From NCBI RefSeq assembly GCF_023055435.1, contig NW_025963924.1:744001-808000 (forward strand): a stretch of 64,000 nt of DNA, read 5' to 3'. Below are positions 37,511-51,400 of this stretch, piece after piece; the stretch's first letter is position 1; each line of letters begins with the position of its first letter. Made by a program: the position numbers and the translations under genes. The notes under the pieces were generated by a model that saw only the letters and a list, made by a program, of their open reading frames with translations, was not told the DNA's origin and ran no database searches. This stretch comes from Haliotis rufescens (lineage: Eukaryota).

Positions 37511-40490
37511 TATATATGGACTAATGTTTGTAACCTATTTCATTCATTTTATTAAAGATTCCTTTTAATATTATTTAAATCAATTTCAATGAAATCGTGT
37601 GAAAAGAGATCGGAAGATCGCACGACTCGCCGTTATTTACAGCAACCACGGTCAGATTACTGCTATTGACGCCTTGAAACAAACTTTAGTTGACAGAGAA
37701 TGCTATAAATAACACATAGGTCAACAAATATGAGAATTTGCAGAATTATCCCAGTGAATTTGCAAATCCCAACACAGAAATATTTTGAACTTGACTTGAC
37801 TTGAAATGCATTGGCTTCTTGCCGAGCGGTTTGTCCAACTTGTAATCGTCCAAGGGTTGGTCCTCTGATCTTTTGTCAATCTTTGGCATGTGGTAGTAAT
37901 TCAATAACAAATTAATGTTATCCAATCTGGGTGGATTTTTATTAGGGAAGAAATGGGGTAACACAAGTGGATTTCAATTTGCACAGAACTCATGTACATT
38001 GGGTTACCATGGCCGTGCCGTGATACGTTTGGGTGATCGCTTTTATTGTCATCTGCTTTGGTTTTTTTATCATCATACTCATTTTTCCGGACAAGGTAAT
38101 TTTAAATTTTAGAAACTTTAACAAAATTACCCAGATATTTAAATGACAACTTTTCATGCAATGTTACTTGGGGCGATGTTTCTTTTGCAGTTCAGTATAT
38201 TTGCATCTGACCTAGGTACTCCAGAGATGTTTTGTTGAGACTAGCAGCAGTTATGTGATTGGCGATGTGATTATGTAATGCTTAGGCATGGAATATATCA
38301 GGCTGTTTGCGCTGCAGTCTGACGTCAGAATAAAGTGTTTATTGTGCTTAGAGTAAGCATATTCTCAGCTGGAAAACAGAATGTTGTAATTCACTGCATA
38401 TCTATAAAACAGTTAAAAAATGACAATTTTGACACCAGTATAACAAACGCTGACTGTAGGCGTTAACAGATGTTTGAGTGGAGATATTGATGCACTTTGT
38501 ACTAGTTGGCCTTGGACAGCAGGGAATTTCAGGTTGCTGGTGTTGCGCAAGTATTACTCATCAAGATTGCGACGTCTATACTGGTAAGTTAGGAGTTGGA
38601 AGGTTTTGACTTTGAGCTTGGGATGTTAATGAAGTAGAGTCTGCTGTATTGTGATGACAGGAGGAACATGTACATATAGCTATCATTTGGGATATTTTAG
38701 AAATATTCTCACTTTCAGGGTTTGATATGGCTTCTTTGCAGCCAGCAGAAAGAGCAGAGATCAACAATAGTGTGGTTGAAATAGCTGCCTGACTATTATC
38801 TCATTAGGCCAAACCTTTTTAATTTTATGTTTAACAGATATATTCCAGCTTTTCCACGCAAAGTCGATTGAAATAAAAATATTAATAAATAGCTATCTCA
38901 ATCATCTATTTGATGTAGCCATGGAATTTATATATAACATTTTATATTGTATAAGAGAGTCAAAATTACTAGTGGGAGACATAATAAGAATAAATATTGT
39001 AATTTATTTCTTTTCAAGCTGCTTTTCAGTCAGAGCGGCGGCCCGTAAAACAAAAAATATATAATGTGTGGCCTTCGTCATGTGATATCCAGGTCCATCA
39101 TTATATGATCATCAGTTGTATGAAGTTTGTTTGGTAGGGAGTTTTTTTGTTTGGTTTTCCCACAGTTTGAAAAACATAGTATGCATTTAATGTGCCGTTG
39201 TTGTAAATGAATAACACAGTACACTGTGTTTTTGGTCACTTCTTTTCTAACAACTACTGGTAGTATGACAAACAATAATATTAAGTACAGGCCAGGCAAT
39301 TTTTAACCAGTCCCAATTTCAAAACACTAGTCGCTGAAAAGAAAACATCCATCTGCCTTAAGACTGATCTCTTCACTTACAACCTGTGCTTTTGTAACTA
39401 CAGAAAGAGAGCACCTGTTTATCCATCCCCATTGTTTGTCACATCGCCTCAAATCAGTTGGTTCTCTGCCAACCGGAGAGAATAATAGCTGATGATAGTC
39501 CCAGACACTGAATGTCTGACATTCCTGGTCCTAATTATATTTGACCAGGCAGTAAACAGTAATTACTGATAACCCGAAAACACTGATTCAGTGTTCCATG
39601 GTGGGAGTGAGGCCTGCTGCTGTATCTACTGGCCTGACAGGCTTGTCCTCACATGATGGAGATATCCTGAGTACCCTGCTGCTCCATGTGAGTTGGAGAC
39701 ATTGTGTCCGGGTTGGGGTACAGAGAGGCTGGATGTGATGTAAATAGCTTATTGATCACCTTATGCAACAGCTGAACAAACAGAGCCAGGAAATAAATCA
39801 ATTTGTTTACATTATTGATATGATCTCTTGGCTCTGGTATGTTGTTTGTGTTGGGTCTGTTTTCGAATTCTACAGGACTTAGGGGACAGACCATATTCTG
39901 AAGGGGTGGTGGTGGGTGCTGGCATTTTGTATCGAGATTAGATATTAATCAGCTACAGCTACAAAACCAGATATTCTTTTTTTTTAAACTATCAGCCAGA
40001 ATTTTTATTGACAAATATTTCCCTGCAATAATGTAATTTTGTGGCAGGAAATTTCTTTTCCAAAAGTCTTGACACATAATTTTTTTTTTGTTCTTTGTTT
40101 TTTTTATATAAAATCCCCACTCCCTGCTGTGCTGATACTGTTTGTCAATGCATTTTCAGTGGGCGATCGATATCAGACCAGGTGGTTGCAATTAAAGAAT
40201 ATAAGTTACGACCCTTAGTGCTCATCTGCTCGGTTAGATCTCCTGTTACAATGTCTTCCAAACAGGGTGAAAATTTACTGACTTGGTTGATGCATGTCAT
40301 CGTATCCCAATGTAAATCACTGGATTGTCTGGTCCAGACTGGATTATTTACAGACCACCATCACATAGCTGGAATATTGCTGAGTGTGGCATCAAACAAC
40401 AAACCAGCGAACAAAACAAACAAACACCAACTTTATGAATAACAACTTCTGGTTTATTGCATTGACACATATTTATGTTCTCAATGTTAC

Positions 40491-40828
40491 AGACCGCCTC
40501 CGTGGTCTAGTGGTAGAGCGGAAGGTCCGGGGTTCGATCCCCGGCCGCGTCATACCAAAAGACGTTAAAAGATGGTACTTGTTGTTACCCTGTATGGCGC
40601 TCCGCATTAAGGGGCAAAAACAAGGACTGGTCGGCTCGGAGTCAGTATACTGTGTCTGAGTGGGGTATTCATGTTAAACTGCGGCATGGTATCTCAGTGA
40701 GCTAGGACTATAAATCGGCATCAGTCCGGACTAGTACAAGCAGCCACGCACACACGTGCATGCACGTCGCTATATGAGTGCAATAATCTTGGACGCGACG
40801 TTAAACCCCATTTCACCTTCACCCACCA
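40491..40828 (+). mobile_element. SINE family D copy
   Basis: 12-bp TSD tctcaatgttac 40479-40490 / 40829-40840. Confidence 0.88.
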
Positions 40829-41384
40829 TCTCAATGTTACGTGACATTTTCAGCTTAGAGAAGACAGTGAAGATGTCCCTCTTGTTCAGCTCTTGCCTAG
40901 CCTCCAGTACATTCTGCTTTTGGGTGGTAGACATTCACCGGCACCATATGGGATGAGGCATGCCCAACTTGTTCTCTGTTCCACTATCAGGAATTGTGTT
41001 AATTGAAATGATTTTGGTGCAACTTTCCGATTAACGTCTTCATCCTCCTCTGCCACAAGATGGTTGTTGTTGTTGATGTTGTTTATGTTGTTTACTCCTG
41101 TATGGATTCTCGGTTAGAATAGGTCTTCAGCAACCGATGCTTGTCATACGAGATGATTCAGTGGATCAGGTGGTCAGACTCGATGACTTGATTGCATGTC
41201 ATTGTACCTCTCTTGTATGGGATGTTGTTTATAATATCAATCACTGGTTTGTCTGGCTCAGCCTTGATTGGTCACTAGCAGCTTCATACAGCTGGAACAT
41301 TGCTGTGTGCAGCATTGATAACAAATAAACAAGCAGACAAACAATATTTTTAGGAGCAGTCTGTTTATGAATAAGTTCTATATG

Positions 41385-41740
41385 TACTGAACCGCAAAAG
41401 AAATGTCACTTCATGAAAATACTTCATTAAAGTTTCCCAATGAAATGCACTTTTTGGAAGAATCTCTATTTTGACATTAGTCTTCATACGTCTTGGCATG
41501 GCGCTAGTATAGATACAAGAATGTTGGATCCATGTATTGGGGTGCCGTTTATCAAGTGCAGTTTGATTTTCATGGAAAGTGATCAGGACTTTGTACCATG
41601 GTCGTTTGTTAGGCTGCATTTTGGCCGCCTATATATCCATATTTTTGGCACTTTTTGGCCGTTTACCTTTAATATTGATAAAAAAAAATGCATTGAAAGG
41701 GAAACTTTTATGAAGTTTGTTCATGAGTTCACTTTTTTAC
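41385..41740. mobile_element. Decayed TIR element
   Basis: tcatgaaaatacttcattaaagtttccc vs gggaaacttttatgaagtttgttcatga; left end matches reverse of 38175-38199. Confidence 0.6.
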
Positions 41741-42459
41741 CCTTATTTTGGCTCTAAAGGGTTTAAAAGGGCCCACATTAAGATTACTAATACAGCCTTA
41801 GAAATTCACTTTCTAGTCCAAAGACAAGTTTAAACCTAATATCGGTTAGAGTTTGTAGCTAGTCAGTCCTGCTTGAACATTTTGAACAAGACAGAAATGT
41901 TTACTATGTGTACATTTTCTGTCAGTTTTATTCAGTTTGTAGCAACATTGAAGCATGAAAACTAGTTCAGAATTACAGCCCTCAAATGCTACAAGTCAAT
42001 TAGGATTATAATCATTGGATTCTTACTTGTCTTCAGCACATAGTAGTAGGTAGTCTGAGGCTAATGAACCAGTGCGGCGTTAGACATTGGCACTAGTCCT
42101 GTAATAGTGAAGGTATCACAAGGACCAGTAGATATTTGCCATTTTTTAGGGGTTTGCTATATGTTGTCATTATAAGGACTAGTGGACTAGAAAGGTTAGT
42201 TTCTACCGCTACAGTGTGAATTGTGACTGGTGCCAGTAGGCCATGGATGCCCCCTGGGTGTTACTGCCAGTTGTAGAATGTCACTTCATTCTGTCAACAA
42301 CAAGAGTGATGGTCTTGAGTGACAGTGGCATTGCATCTTTGATTCAGCAGGCCTTTCATCTTTTAATCAGTATTGGCATGGCTATGTATTCAGTCCTATG
42401 TTTGATGTATTGTTATTATTATCTTTCGTTGTTTTCTTTGCAGCCGCTAAAGAATCACA

Positions 42460-42466
42460 ATGTCTG
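42460..42466 (+). CDS. Gelsolin-like 2, coding exon 1 (ATG TCT G; exon begins 42444)
   Basis: ttttctttgcag acceptor, acaATGTCTG|gtaagt. Confidence 0.88.
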
Positions 42467-45400
42467 GTAAGTCATGCAACAAATTACATACAACTCAATT
42501 CAGTTCTGCTCTGTCCAACCCATCCCAAAAATTTCCATTACCCCCACACATCTCTTCCTCCAACTAAGCTTTGCTTCCCCCCATCCCCACTCCAATTACA
42601 ACTTAGATGTGGTCTTTGTAAAAACAAAGTGACAGAAGTATCAACAAGTGGATGATACAAGCAAAGATAAGGCCTCCTGGTGACAGGTTTATGACCACTA
42701 GCAGATATCTTCAGATCACTCATGGTGAGTGGTTCTGGGACCATTGTTGCCTGGACTGAACTGATGATTCTGAAATGACTAAAATGAAAACATGTTACAT
42801 CACTGTTAAATGGTTAGTTTTGTCATGTTGTAAGAAAGATATGGTTTAATACATATATCATATATGTATATATACATATACATATATTGTACATATATCA
42901 ATTTTATGTTGAAGGAATGCGGTAAGTGATTCAATCTCATTAAGATCCGTTCTTTTACTCAGTTTAAGTGACACCCTCTCCACATGAACATCATCAGGGG
43001 CGGTGGGGTAGCCTGGTGCTTAAAGTGTTCGCTCATCACACCGAAGGCCCGGGTTCAATTCAATGGGTACAATGTGTGAAGCCCATTTCTGGTGTCCCCC
43101 ACCGTGATATTGCTGGAACATTGCTAAAAGCGGTGTAAAACCATACTCACTCACTCACTGCATGAACATCTGAGGACTAAGTTAAAGGTTAGATAGGGCC
43201 ATCCATTCCTCTATTACCTCATTACGATGAAGTACAATTTCATCATTTCTTATGGGTTTTTTTTATAACTAAACGTATACAGTTTCAATATCAATATTTG
43301 TGTTGGAATAGTTTGGTTCCTTGTGAACAAAACACCACGAAAATATATCATCCTCACCCACAGCTAATTCTCACCAAGTGACGTGAGTTACAATAAACAA
43401 TTGCTAAGCATAGCCGAGTTATGCCCCCATTTCTTTGTACGTGTGTAACCTCTCTGTCGCCTTTTGACGTCATAGAGAAAAATCAGTTTCGTCATTTACG
43501 GCATGCTATTTTTGGCATTGAATGTATGTTGTTATACATACGCATATAACTCCATTTGATATGTAGTTATGTCGTTCAGATATAAGTCTGTATTTTGTTC
43601 GCTCACAGTTTCCATAAAGCTTCTAAATAACAAAAATCGTCGCACAGTATTTTTGTCGGTGTACAATAAAAAGCGGAGAAATTTCCTGTTTTTCAACGCA
43701 GAATAAATTCTCGGACAACACTTAGAAGTGTCTTTTTTAAACACCGGTTTAATATTTGCAGTTAAATTTACACCACCAGATAGGAAATTTAATATTCTCC
43801 ATCTCTGCGTACTTTTATAGCCAGAGGTAGATCCAGTGCCGCGTGAGCGCAATTCTCGCACAACCTTCACTTTTCCGATCTTAGGAAGATGTGTCAGAAA
43901 AAAACTCGGCACCCAGAGGGTTAACCTCCCAATTAGAAATATGCCGGTGGCTAAAGTCGGCTAAAGTCAGAGATTTTGGCCAGGCTCTGTGACTCTCATG
44001 ATGGTGTGTCATTATGCACAGATGACATGGAGCATTGATTGTTGTCAGATTCTGGTTGCTTACATTAGGGTTTATTATTAAAGGCTGCCCTGATATGGCT
44101 TGTGTATAAAACAACATTCACTCTCTCACTCACTGAATATCTGCTTGGTCAGGTCTGATCAAGGCAAAGAAGTATGACTGGAAGGACTCCAACTTGGCTC
44201 TGTTTGGATCCGACCTGGAGAAGAATGTCAAGAGTAAGTAGAGCTGCAGAGAAACAAGGTGCCCATGGTTCTTAGGAGAAACACAGGAATTTACCTGGGT
44301 CCATTTAGTTTTCCCCTGGTTTGAAAACCTGGAGTGATATAGCGATCAGCATGTCTGTCAGTCCATTTTCCATTTCTGGAGCAGAACTCCTAAATCGTTG
44401 AATATTTCTTGTTGAAACTTGCTATGCAGATCAGTCTAGTGGTGACCTTGTGCCTTTTGATGATTTGCCATGTATTATATATATCTATATATTCGTTGAA
44501 TAGTTCTTGATGCAACTTGCTATACAGATCAGTCTATTGATGAACTGGTGCCTTTTGATGGTTTGGGATTTATTTTGTAATTTTGTTTATGGTTTCATGA
44601 CGACAAGTTGACAGGGGTTGAAAAATACCATTGCCCAAACGCCCGTGCCAAGGAAGGTTTAGATGTCGGGCGAGTAATACACGTTTTCTAGCATGTCCAA
44701 GGATAAGTAGAGAATGCAAAATGAACTGGGTCAAGTTTCATGAGAATGTAATCAACCTTTGTCTTGATATGGTTTATCTGCTTTCCAGAGGAATCTGCAG
44801 AGACTGAGAAAGCATGGCAAGGGTGTGGCAAGTCTGTAGGCCTCAAGATCTGGAGGATCGTGGTAGGTTGTGACAGCACAGTTAATCTAGTGACATAAAT
44901 AGAACAAGGTCCATGATTTTCCTTACTGTATAGAAATGATATGAAATATGTATCAGGGAGAGAAATGTATTTTGTCAAAGTGTGTCACACCAAACTCATG
45001 ACAATGTTTAGATGTATCATTTGGAATTTAGCAGGAGACGTAGTAACAGGCAGTAAAAAGCTATTATTGTATTCGCCCAAACAGTCACTCGCCCATTTAT
45101 AATACGAAGATATTCTAGCTTCCACCTCCTGATGGAAAACATTAGCTTCTTGGGTTGATGCTGATCCTCCTTTTATATCTGTCTGGAGGATTGGTTGATG
45201 TAGATACTGTATGGACGTACAGCACTAGAACCCTTCAATGATGGGGCCGAATAGCCAGATTCATTCTGTGAAATATGAGACTCTGGTGTCTGGCTGGTGT
45301 GTGAGTGAAGTGCTGGCTGGCCAGAGCAATGTGACCTTGTGTTTATCTGGGCAGCCAACTCTCTACCATTTCGCCATGCTATCAGACATAGTGGCCTGGG

Positions 45401-48400
45401 TAGAAGTTATTGATCACATAAGCCTGCATGAATTGAATTGATGGCATCTCGTCACAAATAGTCTTGATTGTGGTAAGATTTTCCAGGTTTTGAACTACAC
45501 TGAAGTTACCGGTATTTGAGTATTTGTCACATTTTCAAATGGCAAACAATCCTGATTTTACATGTGTAGTGTACTCTTGCAGAAATTTCAAGTAAAGAGC
45601 TGGCCTGAGGCTGACTATGGCAAGTTCTATGATGGAGACTCTTACATTATCTTGAACGTGAGTTCTATACTTTGTTAAATCCTGCATTACTTTGAACTTC
45701 AACATAGGTTTTATTACTTGTCATAGCAGAAGAAATAAACCCAGAATGTTCCTTTCTCTGTGGAAGCAACCTTTTCATCATGTTATGTTATAGTTTTGAT
45801 GAAACATGTATTTTAAAAGTTGCAATTTGAATGTATTTTGCCCTTTTCTCAGAATATTAGACCTGTTTTGAAAACCAAAATATTCCACAAGGATAAGTGA
45901 TAATTTAGACATTACTTTCATTTCTGAAACTGAATCACAGATTTTTGTGTTTTAATTATGTTAAACAGAGAAAAACTGACCAGGCAATCTTAATTAATTA
46001 ATTAAAACCCTGTTCTTTTCTTAACATTTGACAAGAATGCTTGTTTGTAGTCTTGGGCCACAGTCAGTTATATCCCTGTTATGTCCAGGCAGCCTGTAAA
46101 TACCTGAGTCTTATAGCACAGTGATTGATGTTGTGAGCAACGTCCCAATGGGGGCTATTGTTTTGCCTTTTTGGATCATTGCTCATGCTATCAACCAGTG
46201 GTTTGTCTGACCCTGACCTTGTTCTTCACTAGTGGTCATGATATTTTTAACTGAAGTAAACAACAACAAAATCGATCAAAGAGAACATTCTTTCTAAATT
46301 TTGTTTTTGATGTTTTCTAACTGTGTCGTATGTGTTTATAATGGTAAAATAAAGAATTACACAGTGACTATATTAAAAGGGTATAATTCAAATCCATAAT
46401 ATTTAAATCAGGAATTACAAAGCAGACAAGAAATATGTGTAGCACTAAGGGAGATAACTCTTTCCCCACAGACATACAAGGAGGACGACTCAGAGGAGCT
46501 GCAGTTTGATGTCCACTTCTGGATTGGCCGACACAGCACTCAGGTACAGATGTCTCCAACACTGGCTGCTTAAAAAAAGTCAGTCATAAGGCTAAAAAAA
46601 ATATAATAGTGTTGGTTCTCAGGCATCATCATAAAGTTCATTGCACGTTTCGCTTTTGTTTCCATTTTAAAATTATTTCGTGCATTGTGTTTAAGTTTAG
46701 GATTTTTATATTTTTTTGTAAATGGAAATAAAAACAAAACATGCGGCAGACTTCATGATGATGCTGGTGGTGCCTGAGAACCAAGACTTTTATTTTTTTT
46801 AGCCTAAACCTTCAGTATGTACTGTTGCAATAGGTACACAAACATTCAGGTGAACAACAGATCTTTGTTAATCCACTTCTTCATTTTACGAGCTTATGTA
46901 AATACTGTGGGCACCAAATAAGAAACGTTTATGCTCAACAGGATGAGTACGGTACCGCCGCCTACAAGACGGTTGAGTTGGACACATTCCTGAACGATGC
47001 CCCGATCCAGCACAGGGAGGTTCAGGGTCATGAGTCAAGTCTGTTCAAGAGCTACTTCAAGACCATCACGTGAGTATACCACTGCAATTTGCCAAATAAG
47101 ATACTTATATGTGTTGTTGTAATACGTTAATACTGCACTATCTACATTACCCCCAATTTTGCTTTAAAATGCTCACCTCTCTGTACCAGCCCCCAGCATT
47201 TGAGTGATGTCATGCATTAAGTGATGCCATGCACTGAGTGATGTTATGCATTGAGTGATGTCATGCACTGAGTTGTGTCGTGCATTGAGTGATGTTGTGC
47301 ACTGAGTGTTGTCCTGCATTGAGTGTTTTCATGCACTGAGTGATGTCGTGCACTGAGTGATGTCGTGCACTGAGTGATGTCGTGCACGGAGTGGTACAGG
47401 CATTGAGTGGTACAGGCATTGAGTGGTACAGGCATTGAGCGGTACAGGCATTGAGCGGTACAGGCATTGTACGGTACAAGCATTGAGTGGTACAGGCATT
47501 GAGTGGTACAGGCATTGAGTGGTACAGGCATTGAGTGGTACAGGCATTGAGTGGTACAGGCATTGAACGGTACAAGCATTGAGTGGTACAAGCATTGAGT
47601 GGTACAGGCATTGAGTGGTACAGGCATTGAACGGTACAAGCATTGAGTGGTACATGTGCTGAGTGATACAAGCTTTGAGTGATGCCACTTGTTAAGTGAT
47701 GTCGTGCATTTAGTGATGTCGTGCATCAATATGAACATGGTTTAATACCACACTGGATGGCAATGACATGGCTAGGAGCACATAGCACCCTAATGTAAAT
47801 CTGGCATGAGGGAGGCTACTCTTTTAAGCAGAGCTTTAGAAGTCCTATCTGTCCAACTAATCGTGATTCTCCATCATTGTCAGTGTGATGCGAGGTGGTG
47901 CGGAGACAGGGTTCCGCCAGGTCAAGCCGGAGGAATACACACCACGTCTCCTCCATTTCTCTGGCACCAGGCGCAATGTGGAGGTCAGGGAGGTAAGTGG
48001 GACAGTATTTACCAGACAAGGTTGTAACCTGGCAAATTTGGTAAGGGAGATAACACTGTCCACTTTCCAGGATAGTAAACTGCTGGATGATAAATGTTCA
48101 TTATATAGCTGACAGATTCCTTATCTCTGATGAGAACAATATATGCTGAAGTAGAAATAGTGTAATGGCTGGTGTTTATGATGTTATTGACAATTATTTA
48201 AAAAAACCAACCTTTGCCTGCTCCATATTACTGAGTCGTACTTCTGTATGTGGCAACAGGTGATTTTTAATTGTTTTTACGTTTTGTTATGCCATCTCAC
48301 GCAGGTTCCACTGTGCAAGTCAAAGGTGAATTCTGATGACGTGTTCATCCTTGACCTTGGTCTTAAGATCTTCCAATTCAATGGCAGCAACAGCAGCAAG

Positions 48401-51400
48401 GATGAAAGATTTAAGGTAACACACAGTGTGTGACATCATTACAAGGACATCTCTTGGTATGACATTACAATTAATGTATTGTGTGACATCGTTACAAGGA
48501 CATCTCTTGGTATGACATTACAATTAATGTATTGTGTGACGTCGTTACAGGGACATCTCTTGGTATGACATTACAATTAATGTATTGTGTGATGTCGTTA
48601 CAGGGACATCTCTTGGTATGACATTACAATTAATGTATTGTGTGACATCATTACAAGGACATCTCTTGGTATGACATTACAATTAATGTATTGTGTGACA
48701 TCATTACAAGGACATCTCTTGGTATGACATTACAATTAATGTATTGTGTGACATCATTACAAGGACATCTCTTTGTATGACATTACAATTAATGTATTGT
48801 GTGACATCATTACAAGGACATCTCTTGGTATGACATTACAATTAATGTATTGTGTGACATCGTTACAAGGACATCTCTTGGTATGACATTACAATTAATG
48901 TATTGTGTGATGTCGTTACAGGGACATCTCTTGGTATGACATTACAATTAATGTATTGTGTGATGTCGTTACAGGGACATCTCTTGGTATGACATTACAA
49001 TTAATGTATTGTTTGATGTCGTTTCAGGGACATCTCTTGGTATGACATTACAATTAATGTAATGTGTGATGTCGTTACAGGGACATCTCTTGGTATGACA
49101 TTACAATTAATGTATTGTGTGATGTCGTTACAGGGACATCTCTTGGTATGACATTACAATTAATGTATTGTGTGACATCATTACAAGGACATCTCTTGGT
49201 ATGACATTACAATTAATGTATTGTGTGACATCATTACAAGGACATCTCTTGGTATGACATTACAATTAATGTATTGTGTGATGTCGTTACAGGGACATCT
49301 CTTGGTATGACATTACAATTAATGTATTGTGTGATGTCGTTACAGGGACATCTCTTGGTATGACATTACAATTAATGTATTGTGTGATGTCGTTACAGGG
49401 ACATCTCTTGGTATGACATTACAATTAATGTATTGTGTGATGTCGTTACAGGGATCACTTTTGGATGTGGTATTACTGCATAGCATTCTCGCCGTTCTTT
49501 CATTGATAAAAATATAATGCGACAAAACTCATCACAATAGTGAACGACATCATACCGATGACATCCATAGTGCATATCATGCAGTAATAGACACAGGTAA
49601 CTGCTGCAAGGAGTTTTCAATGCCTTGGATCTGTTAGAAACACTGCATGAAAGACCGGTCATTTCATAAACCCACAGCACTTTAACTGACAGTGCTACAC
49701 TACATAATGAATTTGAAGGTCAAGTTACTTAGTGACTGTCCTACTCCCACTCAACATGCAGAGCATGACTCCTCACTGTACATACACTGTATGAGACCCA
49801 TGTCTGTTAAACTCAGACATACGTTAGCCACACAACAATATATAACCTTAAACAGAGAGAGAGAGATGTCAGGTCTTCATTTATTTTCCAACGGCAAACA
49901 GCCCAAAGTCTCAATTACAATGCGCAACATCTCAGAAATAGTTGACCTAGTGATACTTTTCCTGGAAATATAATGACCTACCTGGTATATGTACTTGAAG
50001 CAACTTATGAACTTCAATGTAACTGTATAACAACAACACAATACTGCATGAAAGCTACTGCCGATGCATCAGTCTCAACATTCAAGATGTGTACAATAAT
50101 CACAATACACACCCGTAACAGGAATATGGTATATAGAATACTACTTGCATAAACAGCCTTCATACATATTATACAAAAATTACTATTTCTATGACAAGTT
50201 TTAGCAAGAAAAAACCCCGATTCTCATAATGGAAATAATACATGCAAATAGTCACTTTTACACTCTGCAGTTACTAATTGAATACAATGGAAAAGATTGC
50301 ATTGAACGGTCATAATTCAATATCAAAACAATAACAGACATGTTCCTCAGTGACTAGGACATGTGCTTTCAGGAACGTAAGAAGATGAGGGTTACTTCCC
50401 CTGAATGTAGCTAATGTGGTCATGTGACCCCCGAAAATAGGTGACAACCAGAGTTTAAACAGCGTTGGTGAATATTGAATGTTAAAAGATCAACACAACT
50501 ATTCTATTCCTGAAGCAAAACTATTAGAATCCTATTCCCATACCTAAAATGGGAATCGCATTCCTTTAATAGTAAAAAAACCTGTGAAACACAATCAGTC
50601 AATGACGGAACGTCTAAGGCTAACCATGAGGTTTCTGCTTGGCTCGATAAATCGAAAATACAACAAATATACGATGCTACCTCTGACAGCATACCTTCAA
50701 CCTATTTCCTAGCATTGTTATCTACAATATGTGATACAAGAAGGTCTCGTTTCGACCAGTATTAATGCATACATACCTAAAACAAAGAGAGAGAGAGAGA
50801 TATCAGGGGTCTTCATTTATTTTCCAACTGCATACAGCCCAAGTAAACGGGCAATTCTGATTGGTCAGTTGTCCTTTGGGTGGTAGCGCACCAACCCAAA
50901 GAGTTACTTCCCTTTGACCATGAAAATTATCATTACCGTATTCGACGTAATAAGCGCCCCCGCTCTAATTAGCGCCCACGGCGATATTTGCTAATATATT
51001 GGCAAGTGAACAATCCCAATTAGCACCCCTTCCGATTGATCAATGTACACAAGACTTATCTCTTCGTGTATAATACGCACTCGTGTGTTATATGCACCCT
51101 TAATTATGGGCAATTACATTCTTGAAAATATATCTGTCGTATATAAACAGTTCCGGTTGTCAGTATAATCCACGAAATTTAAATTTCAAATCTGTTTTTT
51201 TCCACCAAAATAATATTCTAATAAGAGACCCCTATTTCTAATTTTGAGAGCGCCCTGGGCGCTTATTACGTCGAATACGGTATTTCACTTTCTTACACAT
51301 ACTCTGTATGAGACCCATATCTGTTGTTGTTGTTCACTGTATGAGACCCATGTCTGGTGTTGGTCACTGTGTGAGACCCATGTCTGTTGTTGGTCACTGT

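Noticed and set aside
42755-42790. CTGATGA...GAAA hammerhead-like cores (also ~48127)
   Set aside because: No supporting stems found by eye
48428-49454. Regular repeats resembling a CRISPR array
   Set aside because: No unique spacers, no cas genes, eukaryotic intron
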